A stretch of 64,000 nucleotides of DNA from Candidatus Campbellbacteria bacterium (GCA_034521025.1 JAXHMZ010000003.1:79726-143725); one strand, 5' to 3'; positions 47,314-57,684 are shown, counted from the stretch's first letter. The notes: generated by a model from the sequence alone, not told the origin. Numbers and translations are program-made.

Positions 47314-47631
47314 TTAATCTCCGCCCTCCATTGCCATTTCATTTGAACTGCTTCCATCGCTAACGCTAATTTTTCTTTCTTCTTCCGCAGAGGGGGATTT
47401 TTTAGCCTGCTTTTCCGTCGCTTTTTCTCCCTGTCTTTTTTTGCGTTCAATTTTCGCAAGAGCATGTACATACCCGGAGTAAAGAGAATATACCGAAATA
47501 CCTAAAATAAAAGTGCCTAAAACAGCAATAAAAGCATCATTCCAAGAATTCGGAAATCCCAAAAACGGTAGTAAGGTTAAGAACAGCGACAGAACTGCAA
47601 TAGCGGCTAATGCGTAAAAAGAAACCAACAT
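47314..47631 (-). CDS. small membrane protein
   Basis: 105 aa; 2-3 TM helices, charged C-tail. Confidence 0.4.
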   Translation of the reverse strand: MLVSFYALAAIAVLSLFLTLLPFLGFPNSWNDAFIAVLGTFILGISVYSLYSGYVHALAKIERKKRQGEKATEKQAKKSPSAEEERKISVSDGSSSNEMAMEGGD

Positions 47632-47645
47632 GTCTCAAGTATACA

Positions 47646-48326
47646 CTATTTTCTACCGCCAATCATGAGGATAATTTCCCCTTTTATATTTTCTCTTTCA
47701 GAAAAAGTGAGCAAAACTTCTTCGGGGCTACCTCCTACGATTTCTTCAAAATACTTGGTTAATTCACGCAAAACGACAACCTTATATGTACTATCCAAAA
47801 TATCAGATAATTTTTTTAAGGTTTTGATAAGTCTATGCGGTGATTCGTATATTACTACGGTGCGCTTGGACTCACTGATCTCTTGAAATAAAGTTTCCCT
47901 CCCCTTTTTATGAGGCAAAAAGCCTAGAAAAAGAAATTCACTCACGGGTAGTCCGGCTACACTAAGAGCAGCTGTTAGCGAACTCGGTCCCGGGATCGGC
48001 TGTATTTTTACTTCCGGAAGTTGCTCGCGTACTTTTGCCACTAATTGCGCACCCGGATCAGACACTGCTGGTGTACCCGCGTCTGTCACCAAAGCAACGT
48101 TTCTACCATCTTTTAAAACCTCTAACACTCTATCGATCTTTTTGTTTTCCGTGCGAGCGTTTAAGCTTTCCGCTGAAGTCTCAATGTCAAAGTTAGCCGT
48201 AAGCTTTCGCGTAACGCGAGTATCTTCACAAAAGATCAGATCCACTTGCCTCAGAGTGGAAACGGCTCTGAATGTAATATCTTCTAAATTGCCTATCGGA
48301 GTTGCTACTATATAGAGATTTCCCAT
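47646..48326 (-). CDS. rsmI: 16S rRNA (cytidine1402-2-prime-O)-methyltransferase
   Basis: 226 aa; MGNLYIVATPIGNLEDIT tetrapyrrole-methylase fold. Confidence 0.9.
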   Translation of the reverse strand: MGNLYIVATPIGNLEDITFRAVSTLRQVDLIFCEDTRVTRKLTANFDIETSAESLNARTENKKIDRVLEVLKDGRNVALVTDAGTPAVSDPGAQLVAKVREQLPEVKIQPIPGPSSLTAALSVAGLPVSEFLFLGFLPHKKGRETLFQEISESKRTVVIYESPHRLIKTLKKLSDILDSTYKVVVLRELTKYFEEIVGGSPEEVLLTFSERENIKGEIILMIGGRK

Positions 48327-48330
48327 AAAA

Positions 48331-49617
48331 CTACAATAAGCTTTCTGCTACCTTGTATACATCGCCGGCGCCAATCGTCATAACAACGTCATTCTCTTTG
48401 GCGTCTTTGATTATATGATCCTTTGCCTCTTCAAAAGAATCAAGATACGTAACATTTTCGTGATGTTTTTCTATTTCTTTAACCAGATCTTTACTACTCA
48501 CGGATCCATCGTCTTTTTCACGAGCCTTATAAATAGGAAGTATCAAAACCTGGTCGGCATCTTCAAAAGCAAGAGAAAAATCTTTTAAAAACGACTTGGT
48601 GCGGCTAAAAAGGTGCGGTTGGAATACCGCTATTATATTTTTTCCGGCAAATTTTTCCTTAGCCGCGCTGAGTGTAGCTTTAATTTCAGTAGGATGGTGA
48701 GCATAGTCATCATATATTAAAACCCCATTATCGCTTTTGCCTTTTTCTTCAAATCGGCGCCAGGTTCCCGAGAAGTCTCTGAGAGCTTGCATAGATTCCT
48801 GTCTTTCAGCACCCAATTCGCGAACGATCGTTAATGCCACAGCCGCATTTTTGCGGTTATGCTCTCCCGGTAGCGAAATATTAATTTCATTCAGTACTTC
48901 TCTGTAATCAACAACACGCGCCTCCACTCCTTCTGTCGCTTTTGCGGCATTTTCATCTTCTGAATCAACGATTATTACACCATCCTTGCTGACCTTCTTT
49001 GCGAGTTCACTAAACGCCCTTATCACATCATTAACGTCTTTATAATAATCGAGATGGTCGGCTTCTATATTGGTAATAGCCAAAATATATGGCTGAAGAT
49101 GACTAAAAGATTCTCTGTATTCACAAGCTTCTACTAAAAACAGATCGCTATTGCCGGAAACATAATTTGATTTATGGCTTTTCAAAAGACTACCGACGAC
49201 AACCGTAGGCTCAAGTCCTCCGGCTATCATAGCTTCGGCGGTCATAGCTGTAGTAGTTGTTTTTCCGTGAGTCCCTGAGATAGCTATTGTCCTATGAGAA
49301 CGTGAAAGATAGCCAAGAATTTCGGGATAGCTAAATACTTTGATCCGCAACTCACGAGCTAGCTCTAATTCCGGATTGTCATCAGGCACGGCTATGGTGT
49401 AGACAACCATATCCGCGTCTTTTGGTACATTCTCTTTTTCTTGACTGTAAAAAATTTTCGCCCCGAGCAATTCTAGTTCTTCGGTTACTCTGTTTTTAGA
49501 CAAATCAGATCCGCTAACCACAGAACCACGCTCAAGAAACATTCTAGCTATTGCTGAAACTCCAATACCGCCGATGCCGATAAAATGTATTTTGTGCTTG
49601 AGTTCAACTTCGTTCAT
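48331..49617 (-). CDS. murC: UDP-N-acetylmuramate--L-alanine ligase
   Basis: 428 aa; IHFIGIGGIGVS N-terminal, Mur ligase central and C domains. Confidence 0.9.
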   Translation of the reverse strand: MNEVELKHKIHFIGIGGIGVSAIARMFLERGSVVSGSDLSKNRVTEELELLGAKIFYSQEKENVPKDADMVVYTIAVPDDNPELELARELRIKVFSYPEILGYLSRSHRTIAISGTHGKTTTTAMTAEAMIAGGLEPTVVVGSLLKSHKSNYVSGNSDLFLVEACEYRESFSHLQPYILAITNIEADHLDYYKDVNDVIRAFSELAKKVSKDGVIIVDSEDENAAKATEGVEARVVDYREVLNEINISLPGEHNRKNAAVALTIVRELGAERQESMQALRDFSGTWRRFEEKGKSDNGVLIYDDYAHHPTEIKATLSAAKEKFAGKNIIAVFQPHLFSRTKSFLKDFSLAFEDADQVLILPIYKAREKDDGSVSSKDLVKEIEKHHENVTYLDSFEEAKDHIIKDAKENDVVMTIGAGDVYKVAESLL

Positions 49618-50077
49618 ATTTTTTGTGAAATTCTACTATTTCTTCGAGCATTTTATTTCTATCAACCTTTACTTTATCGAGCTCTTCGATAGATACCCAT
49701 TTGATCTCTCTGACCTCCGTAGGGTCTATTATACATTGTTTAGATTCAGATACCGCATAGAAGTGGTGCACAGTAACATTTTTATGAGGCCTAGAATCTT
49801 TTGAAGTGGCAAAAAGCGAAACAGTATTGAGATTCAAACCAACCTCTTCTTTAACTTCCCTTCTTAAGCCTTCTTCCAACTCTTCGTTTTTTCCAACAAA
49901 TCCACCGGGAAAAGTCCAGACATCATTTCCGTAATTCTGCTTGATCAATAACAACTCATCTCGATAGAAAATGCATCCCGTAGCCGCCGACCTCTCTCGC
50001 CTGTCGAAAAAGAGCCAGATCAATAACAACCTATGCAATACACCAATAGGTACAACTCTTTTTAGAAATTTTTCCAA
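49604..50077 (-). CDS. NUDIX hydrolase
   Basis: 157 aa; Nudix box GGFVGKNEELEEGLRREVKEEVGL. Confidence 0.8.
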   Translation of the reverse strand: MEKFLKRVVPIGVLHRLLLIWLFFDRRERSAATGCIFYRDELLLIKQNYGNDVWTFPGGFVGKNEELEEGLRREVKEEVGLNLNTVSLFATSKDSRPHKNVTVHHFYAVSESKQCIIDPTEVREIKWVSIEELDKVKVDRNKMLEEIVEFHKKYERS

Positions 50078-50082
50078 AAACT

Positions 50083-51432
50083 TTATAGCTTATTGATAAT
50101 CTCCCTAAACTGCTCACCCCGATCAAATTCATTTTTAAACATTCCAAATGAGGCGAATCCCGGAGAAAGAACTACGGCTGTACCCGAGTCAGCCAAGGAA
50201 AGAGCGGCCTCTACGGCTTCTTTCATAGAAGAAACGGGTTGAACGTTTTCAAATTTGCTTGCCGCAAGATCTGCTTGTAAACGCTCCGTTCCCTTTCCCG
50301 ATAACAACACTATCTCTGAGGCGTTGTCTTTTATGCTCTCGGCAAATTCTTTTATATCAAGCCCCTTATCCGAACCGCCGGCTATTAATATGATCTCGTA
50401 TTCATCCTTAAGCGAATCAAGCGCCGCAATGGCCGCTTCAGGAGTAGTGGCGGTCGTATCGTTAAAAAACGTTATTTCTTCTTTTACTCTTATCTTTTCC
50501 AGTCGCCCGGAGACGCCAACAAATTCGACTATATGTCCCTTCGCGACCTTTTCATCAACTCCGAGAGCATACAGTGCTTCTAAGGCGAGTCTCGCGTTAA
50601 ATCGATTATGGTCTCCGGCAATTGATAGCTCGGGAACTTCTCTAAGGTCATCCTTCGAACAAACTCGAACGTTTTTGTGCGGCGCCGGCAAATTGTATTT
50701 TTTCATATACTCATAAGCGCTGCTCCCGATTATAAGAATATCGTCTGTTTTTTGGTTTGCGTATATGGCTGACTTATCAAAAAAATATGCTTCCATATCG
50801 TTCTTGTAGTAATCCATATGGTCCGGCATAAAGGTAGTAAAAACAGAGATGTGGGGAGAAATGCCACGACTGCGAAATCCTTGCAATTGCCAACTGTCTA
50901 ATTCAAGTACGGCTATATCCCCTTCTTCCGCTTGGTTTAAGTAAGCAAGTGTTGAGACACCCTGTAAGTTTCCGCCGAGAAAGATATTCTTTGAAATGTG
51001 GCCTGCGCTCTTTTCTGATTCAAGTGCTCTAAATATCATTTGCGCCACTGTCGTTTTCCCTCTGGTTCCGGTAACACCTACCACTTTTGCTCCTGAAAGA
51101 TCAGCAAAAAGCGCAGTGGACATCTCAACTGGGATATCGTTTTTTCTCGCCTCCTCTATATACGGAGAATCAAGAGGCACCCCGGCCCCCTTGATAATAA
51201 GATCTTTGCTTTGAAAATCCTCAAACCTATGACCACTTAATACAAACTTTATATTATTAAAACCCTGAAGACGCTTTAAGGACGGCGCCAATTCTTCTTC
51301 AGTTTTAATATCCGTAACAGTCAGATCGGCTCCCTTTTGAGCCAAAAATTCAACATCTCCAACCCCACGCCCAAGCAAACCCAGCCCCATCACTGTTATT
51401 TTCTTGTCTTTAAAGTAGTCTTTTTTATCCAT
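50083..51432 (-). CDS. murD: UDP-N-acetylmuramoylalanine--D-glutamate ligase
   Basis: 449 aa; KKITVMGLGLLGRG N-terminal, Mur ligase domains. Confidence 0.9.
   Translation of the reverse strand: MDKKDYFKDKKITVMGLGLLGRGVGDVEFLAQKGADLTVTDIKTEEELAPSLKRLQGFNNIKFVLSGHRFEDFQSKDLIIKGAGVPLDSPYIEEARKNDIPVEMSTALFADLSGAKVVGVTGTRGKTTVAQMIFRALESEKSAGHISKNIFLGGNLQGVSTLAYLNQAEEGDIAVLELDSWQLQGFRSRGISPHISVFTTFMPDHMDYYKNDMEAYFFDKSAIYANQKTDDILIIGSSAYEYMKKYNLPAPHKNVRVCSKDDLREVPELSIAGDHNRFNARLALEALYALGVDEKVAKGHIVEFVGVSGRLEKIRVKEEITFFNDTTATTPEAAIAALDSLKDEYEIILIAGGSDKGLDIKEFAESIKDNASEIVLLSGKGTERLQADLAASKFENVQPVSSMKEAVEAALSLADSGTAVVLSPGFASFGMFKNEFDRGEQFREIINKL
51383..51425. repeat. 43-nt direct repeat copy 1 (murD start codon region)
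   Basis: near-identical to 51572-51614. Confidence 0.85.
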
Positions 51433-51571
51433 GGTATTAATTGTAAGAGATTATTCGCAAGCTGGGTTTAAGAAAGGGGTCGGGAAAACATTTGTTTTCC
51501 CGCGTCGGAGAGCAGTGTAGCAAAGCGAAACGTTGAGAACCGAGGGTTCTCAAGGAGCCAAGCGACGCCAA

Positions 51572-51614
51572 GCCCCATCACTGTTATTTTCTTGTCTTTA
51601 AAGTAGTCTTTGTT
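51572..51614. repeat. 43-nt direct repeat copy 2 (decoy murD start: MNNNKDYFKDKKITVMGLG then diverges, stop at 51468)
   Basis: agccccatcactgttattttcttgtctttaaagtagtcttt repeated 189 nt apart. Confidence 0.85.
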
Positions 51615-51702
51615 GTTATTCATGATGCTGGTTATATGAGACAGTTCTCGGATATTTCTCTTTTCCCGAAGTTTCTTATGCCTTAATAGTATCAAATAAA
51701 TG

Positions 51703-51738
51703 TAAAAGCCGAGACATATAGAACGTCTCGGCTTTTGA
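51703..51738. terminator. bidirectional intrinsic terminator downstream of the two-gene cassette
   Basis: AAAAGCCGAGAC-9nt-GTCTCGGCTTTT. Confidence 0.65.
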
Positions 51739-51748
51739 GAGGCAGTTG

Positions 51749-52036
51749 CTACTCAAACTCAGGAATACCTTCTATTTCGTGATACACACTGAGATCAATG
51801 AATCTCCTCTCTCTTTGGCGTCCGAATGGATCTCTCAGAAAAACAACTTCGTGTACATATCCATTGCCCGGCAAAAGCTCACAAGAAAGTCGGCTTCTGC
51901 CAGTTGTAATCACTTGTATGCGCGAATCAGCATTGCACACAAAGCATCTATCTCTCTCCATCAATGAACTACAGAATAGATTGAAGTCTATTCGTGTCGG
52001 TCTTGAACGAAGATCCGGGTGCGAAGTCGGCATCAT
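51749..52036 (-). CDS. hypothetical 95-aa protein (second gene of cassette)
   Basis: ATGATG start overlapping upstream stop (ATGA), GGGGAGG SD; 3 Cys in N-half; possible toxin-antitoxin partner. Confidence 0.45.
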   Translation of the reverse strand: MMPTSHPDLRSRPTRIDFNLFCSSLMERDRCFVCNADSRIQVITTGRSRLSCELLPGNGYVHEVVFLRDPFGRQRERRFIDLSVYHEIEGIPEFE

Positions 52037-52608
52037 GCGACCTCCCCTGTATAGGGCGCAAGCGCGTTCTGAAGCTTTTCAGAAAGCAAGTCTTTTGTTT
52101 TAGCCGATACGGATCTGTGTACGCGGTAGAGGAAAAACCCACCTCCAACTTGCCATTCGTCTCCATTGATTTTCTTAACCCTCTGAAGACCAAGTACTTC
52201 GATCGGATGTACCGTTAATTTGTTGCCGGAAACTTCGTTCCAAGCGAGTGCATCAGACAAATTCAAATCTAGGTAAACATCACGCTCTTTAAGCTTTTTG
52301 GTAATCTTACTTACCGCCTTACTACGCTGTCCTTGAATGATGCGCTCAAAATCATCTGGATAGTAAGCTCTTGTAAGTCCAAGACCTTTAAATCCAAATT
52401 TCGCAGTTTTGCTGCGCATCAGATCCTGAAGAGCTCGCTCTTCTTCACGTACGTGTCGATCGACACGATCGAGTCCTATGAACAAAAAAAGTGCAGCGAT
52501 TTTCACACGCGGATCGTATGCAACATCGTCGTGTAGTGTAACAGTATCCTTTTTCGAGAGTTTATAGTCGCATACTGCAATTGCCAACCCGGGAAACTGC
52601 TCTGACAT
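52033..52608 (-). CDS. hypothetical 191-aa protein (first gene of cassette)
   Basis: strong AGGAGG SD, own promoter-like TTGAAT-17-TAAGTT; no recognisable motifs. Confidence 0.5.
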   Translation of the reverse strand: MSEQFPGLAIAVCDYKLSKKDTVTLHDDVAYDPRVKIAALFLFIGLDRVDRHVREEERALQDLMRSKTAKFGFKGLGLTRAYYPDDFERIIQGQRSKAVSKITKKLKERDVYLDLNLSDALAWNEVSGNKLTVHPIEVLGLQRVKKINGDEWQVGGGFFLYRVHRSVSAKTKDLLSEKLQNALAPYTGEVA

Positions 52609-52838
52609 GCCTTACCTCCTAATGTACGTTTCTTTCCTGAACTTAGCACAACACTAGTTTTTATTCAAGTCAATAATAAGGGTGCCTCTTTCCAAATTTA
52701 CTCTAAAGGTATATTATCAAGTAACAAATTCAAAACAAGTCAATACCTATAAAAGTATTCTTGAACAACTGAAATGTAAATTTTTTCAATCCGATTCGTC
52801 TTAACAATTAAGAATTCATTAAAGCCACCATAATAAAT

Positions 52839-53132
52839 ATGACAAAAATTTCTAGCGCAATAATAAACGGTATCACAGGGATTATATTACTGATCCTATC
52901 CCTGCGTCTGGTTTTACGTCTATTTGGCGCAAACCCAAACGTTGAATTCACTCAATTTACTTATAACGTAAGTGCTTTTTTTCTCGAGCCATTCCAAGGT
53001 ATATTTCCTACGGCCAGCCTAGAGGGTGCAACGTTTGAAATTTCTACCCTATTTGCAATTATTGTTTATGCACTAGTCGGCTCGCTATTAACCGCCATAC
53101 TTGACTCACTCTCAGATAGAAATAAGGCGTAG
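52839..53132 (+). CDS. YggT-family membrane protein
   Basis: 97 aa; 2 TM, YggT/Ycf19 signature LRLVLRLFGANP. Confidence 0.7.
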   Translation: MTKISSAIINGITGIILLILSLRLVLRLFGANPNVEFTQFTYNVSAFFLEPFQGIFPTASLEGATFEISTLFAIIVYALVGSLLTAILDSLSDRNKA

Positions 53133-53151
53133 GTTCATTCTTGATATTTAA

Positions 53152-54132
53152 CTATTTAATGTATTCCTGATTGATCTTTACCGAAAGATAGCTCAACCCC
53201 AAGAACGCAAAGCCCAAAACAACGAGAGACAAAGGCCAGCCCAAAGAGTTCGCAAAGTATTGCTCTGTTATATAAGCCAGATGCAACAAGAGAAAAATAG
53301 TACTAAAGATCAAAACAATACGACTCTTAATCACGGCTGATAGAAATAGCCCGCCCACAACTAGTGGGAAATACAGCAACTGCCACAAAAAGTAATCATA
53401 TGCCTGCAAGAAGGCAGCTCCCAAGAACATCAAACTGCCAAAGAATAAAAGTAGACCAGTTAAGCGCCTGTTCCAAGTGGCTTGAAATTTTTGCGACAAA
53501 ACCAAATACCCTATCCCGACAGCCATAGACAGATATTGATACGCCCACCTTATCTCATACTCGCTCTCAAAGATATTATCAACTGTAGCGTGGAGCCACA
53601 GATATAAAGTTGAAGTACCATTCAAAATAGCAAAAAAGGTTAATACCGCACTCTTGTGCGCCAGACTTAATAGTCCGTAAGAGATCCCAAGAACAGCAAA
53701 AGCGATAACTCGCAACCATATACTTTCAAGACCTAATTCAGCAAAAGTCGTAAAGATACCGATCGGTATCAAAACGCCTCCAAGAAAATGAAAGGCCGCG
53801 CCAACGTCTTCCCCACGCTCTCTTTTCAAGAGAACTGAACCTAGAGTCCCTAGTAGAAAGCCTAATCCCAAAGTAATCACAACTCTAGCAACGGAACCAA
53901 TATCTTCCCAAATTTGAACCACAAATAAAGCAAGACCTGTTATAACGATCGCCGCTCCTAAAATAGAAGCGATCCTTGTTAGGGAAAACCCTCCATCACT
54001 TCTCCCTTCGGACATCTCTGAGTCCTCCTCTACTTCCGCGCTCTTTGCCATAAGACTCTCTAGTTCGCTACGACTCACCTCACCCGAGTGCAATTTTTCG
54101 GAAAGTTCGTTGAGTAGATCTTCCTTGTACAT
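53152..54132 (-). CDS. polytopic membrane protein with N-terminal soluble helical segment (DUF2157-like)
   Basis: 326 aa; about 50 aa cytoplasmic head then about 8 TM. Confidence 0.55.
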   Translation of the reverse strand: MYKEDLLNELSEKLHSGEVSRSELESLMAKSAEVEEDSEMSEGRSDGGFSLTRIASILGAAIVITGLALFVVQIWEDIGSVARVVITLGLGFLLGTLGSVLLKRERGEDVGAAFHFLGGVLIPIGIFTTFAELGLESIWLRVIAFAVLGISYGLLSLAHKSAVLTFFAILNGTSTLYLWLHATVDNIFESEYEIRWAYQYLSMAVGIGYLVLSQKFQATWNRRLTGLLLFFGSLMFLGAAFLQAYDYFLWQLLYFPLVVGGLFLSAVIKSRIVLIFSTIFLLLHLAYITEQYFANSLGWPLSLVVLGFAFLGLSYLSVKINQEYIK

Positions 54133-54155
54133 ATATTTAAAATTCTTAGTTTATA

Positions 54156-54722
54156 CTATTCAGCTAAAATCCAACCCATAAATCGAAATCCGTCACCATA
54201 ATATCCTCTGTAGTTGGCATTAACATTGATGAGGTTTTGTTTTTGCCTCCTCCCTCCTTTCGTCAAATAGTAACCGCTGGAAGAGTTCGAATCATAAAAC
54301 AAAAAGAACGAAACGCCACCGTCATATTCAGGTCCAGAAAAAGAAACACCATCGGGAGCAGTTAATAGACTACTCAGCTCATACGAGCGTGCTTCTTCAA
54401 AGGCGATCTCTCTGCTTTCGTTAGTGCTTGTGTTGTGCATGAAAAAGCGAACCTGAAAGCCTTCTTCATCTTGCGGTTCATCAAGTTCGTTGTCGCTAAT
54501 TCTCTTGTTAACTATTGAAAAGCGTTCATCTAAATATTCATCACAGCTTAAAGTTCCCGGTTCGTGGCGTGTGTTATTTTCACAGGTTGCATATACAAAA
54601 TTATAGTCACTACTCAAAGAAAAATATGGTAAATATGTAGTCAAAAAGATCACCAACACAAGAAGTAAGGGCAACAACAAAGCCAGAACAATAACTGTGT
54701 TTCCTTTAAAAAATTCTTTCAT
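54156..54722 (-). CDS. membrane-anchored/secreted hypothetical protein
   Basis: 188 aa; N-terminal TM/signal; no recognisable motifs. Confidence 0.5.
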   Translation of the reverse strand: MKEFFKGNTVIVLALLLPLLLVLVIFLTTYLPYFSLSSDYNFVYATCENNTRHEPGTLSCDEYLDERFSIVNKRISDNELDEPQDEEGFQVRFFMHNTSTNESREIAFEEARSYELSSLLTAPDGVSFSGPEYDGGVSFFLFYDSNSSSGYYLTKGGRRQKQNLINVNANYRGYYGDGFRFMGWILAE

Positions 54723-54795
54723 ATTAAATATTTACAAGTGTACACAAATAATACTTAGTTTGTGCACATTTGTAAACGCGCAAAACTAGAGCACA

Positions 54796-55190
54796 GGAGG
54801 AATCTCCGCTCTATCTAATAGGCTTCTTTTCAATGTGCGCGAGTCCTCGGCTCAAAGCTTCCGGGCTCGTCATTATCAGGTAAACGCGCCCTTAGAAGCA
54901 TTTACCGCTCTATTTGAATTTGAGTTTTTTAAAGGGTGCGCGATCCAAGACTCGAACTTGGGACCTCGTCATTATCAGGTGATCGCGACCTTAGGAGCAA
55001 TCACCGCTCTATCCAATAGGCTTCTTTTCAATGTGCGCGATCCAAGACTCGAACTTGGGACCTCGTCATTATCAGTGACGCGCTCTAACCATCTGAGCTA
55101 ATCGCGCACATTGAAAAGAAACAATACATCTGAGCTAATCGCGCACTCTTTAAAAAACTTTCCTGCGACTGAGTAAATCGCGCGCAAAAA
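54796..55190. repeat. array of tRNA-Ile-derived partial copies and about 48-nt direct repeats
   Basis: 3-prime half of tRNA-Ile (anticodon loop to acceptor end) repeated at 54937-54978 and in degenerate form at 54866-54896; aggag(g/c)aatc(t/a)ccgctctatc(t/c)aataggcttcttttcaatgtgcgcga at 54796-54843 and 54992-55039; tRNA 5-prime fragments ctgagctaatcgcgcac at 55092-55108 and 55131-55147. Confidence 0.8.
55034..55107 (-). tRNA. tRNA-Ile (anticodon GAU), CCA not encoded
   Basis: manual fold: acceptor GCGCGAT/ATCGCGC, D arm GCTC-AGATGGTTA-GAGC, anticodon arm CGTCA-CTGATAA-TGACG, T arm CCAAG-TTCGAGT-CTTGG, discriminator A. Confidence 0.85.
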
Positions 55191-55303
55191 ATGAAAAGCA
55201 TTTAATAAATTGCACCGAATACAAGTAAAAATATATCAGTTTTCAGCCCTAAAAACAAGAAAGCCCCGAAGCTAATTAAAGCTTGGGGCTCTTTGAAAAG
55301 GAA

Positions 55304-55432
55304 CTAGATGATTCCAACAGCTACGAACACAGCGACAGACAGTGCCGCGACTGCGACAAGAGACATCAAAAAGGCCTTCTTGTTCTTGTCTTCCCTGTTC
55401 ATTTGTTCTTCTAATTCGAACTTTTCTTTCAT
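55304..55432 (-). CDS. small membrane peptide (42 aa)
   Basis: MKEKFELEEQMNREDKNKKAFLMSLVAVAALSVAVFVAVGII; strong SD GAAGGAGGTAAATA-ATG; followed by hairpin terminator. Confidence 0.4.
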   Translation of the reverse strand: MKEKFELEEQMNREDKNKKAFLMSLVAVAALSVAVFVAVGII

Positions 55433-55671
55433 TATTTACCTCCTTCAAGGTAGAAGTGAAGAGACAGTACAAGCATAACGATTACCAAGAATGTCCAGGT
55501 AAAGAGTACGCTTGTAATCGCCGCAAGAAGTGTTTTGTTAAGTACGACGAAATCAGACAGATCGCCGGACAAAAACACAACCACACCGATAAGAATCTCG
55601 AACAGTAGGATAAGCACTGGAATCATTTTCAAGGTGTCCGAAAAACTTCCGGGATTTTTGCTGTAGCCCAT
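55432..55671 (-). CDS. small membrane protein (79 aa, 2 TM)
   Basis: strong SD AAAAGGAGGCCTATC-ATG; own TTGACA-16-TATAGT promoter. Confidence 0.5.
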   Translation of the reverse strand: MGYSKNPGSFSDTLKMIPVLILLFEILIGVVVFLSGDLSDFVVLNKTLLAAITSVLFTWTFLVIVMLVLSLHFYLEGGK

Positions 55672-55694
55672 GATAGGCCTCCTTTTCTTTTTTT

Positions 55695-55722
55695 ACTATA
55701 CCAGTAATCCTGCTTTTGTCAA
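55695..55722 (-). promoter_or_regulatory. sigma70-like promoter for small membrane-protein genes located between 16S and tRNA-Ile
   Basis: minus strand TTGACA-16-TATAGT 25 nt upstream of SD. Confidence 0.5.
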
Positions 55723-55917
55723 TACTTAGTACTCATAACCTATAAAGCCGCCCCTTGCGAGGCGGCTTGTTATTTTCTGCACAATTTCTTTTGCTTCATT
55801 CATCTCGGTGTCGCTGTTTCCGAGAATAGCGGAAAGATTTTGGATTGTTCTTTCAAACACACGCGCGATAAACGCACGTATCGACTCGATAAATCTGAAA
55901 ATTCAGATAAATCAAAA

Positions 55918-57405
<1,488 letters not shown>

Positions 57406-57624
57406 TGCAGGTCGCCCTGCACTTATGAATGAAGCAAAAGAAGCTATGCAGAATCTTTTGCTTTCAACCGCGCAATTATAGAAATATATAGTTGCGCGTT
57501 CCGAATACTTTTCAGTATCCGGTGGACTTGTTTGCTGTGTGATTATTCAATTTTCAAAGTCCTATCATATATTGTATCGCGCAAATCCGCGAAACAAAAG
57601 TCCACCAATTCGTGGACACCCTCA

Positions 57625-57652
57625 AGTATACTGAGATTGAGCTCGAAGTCAA
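57625..57652 (-). promoter_or_regulatory. candidate rRNA promoter
   Basis: minus strand TTGACT-16-TATACT about 215 nt upstream of 16S 5-prime end. Confidence 0.4.
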
Positions 57653-57684
57653 GTAGGTATATAGAAGATTTTATGAGCATAGGA

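Noticed and set aside
51468-51695. 75-aa ORF upstream of murD
   Set aside because: Not an independent gene. It is generated by a 43-nt duplication of the murD start plus an inserted segment, and is reported as a repeat or decoy uORF instead.
51798-52103. 101-aa plus-strand ORF
   Set aside because: Antisense to the two-gene cassette, with no start context.
54866-54985. Possible tRNA-Ala or second tRNA next to tRNA-Ile
   Set aside because: The sequences reproduce only the 3-prime half of tRNA-Ile. No matching 5-prime acceptor strand or D arm is present, so they cannot fold as tRNAs.
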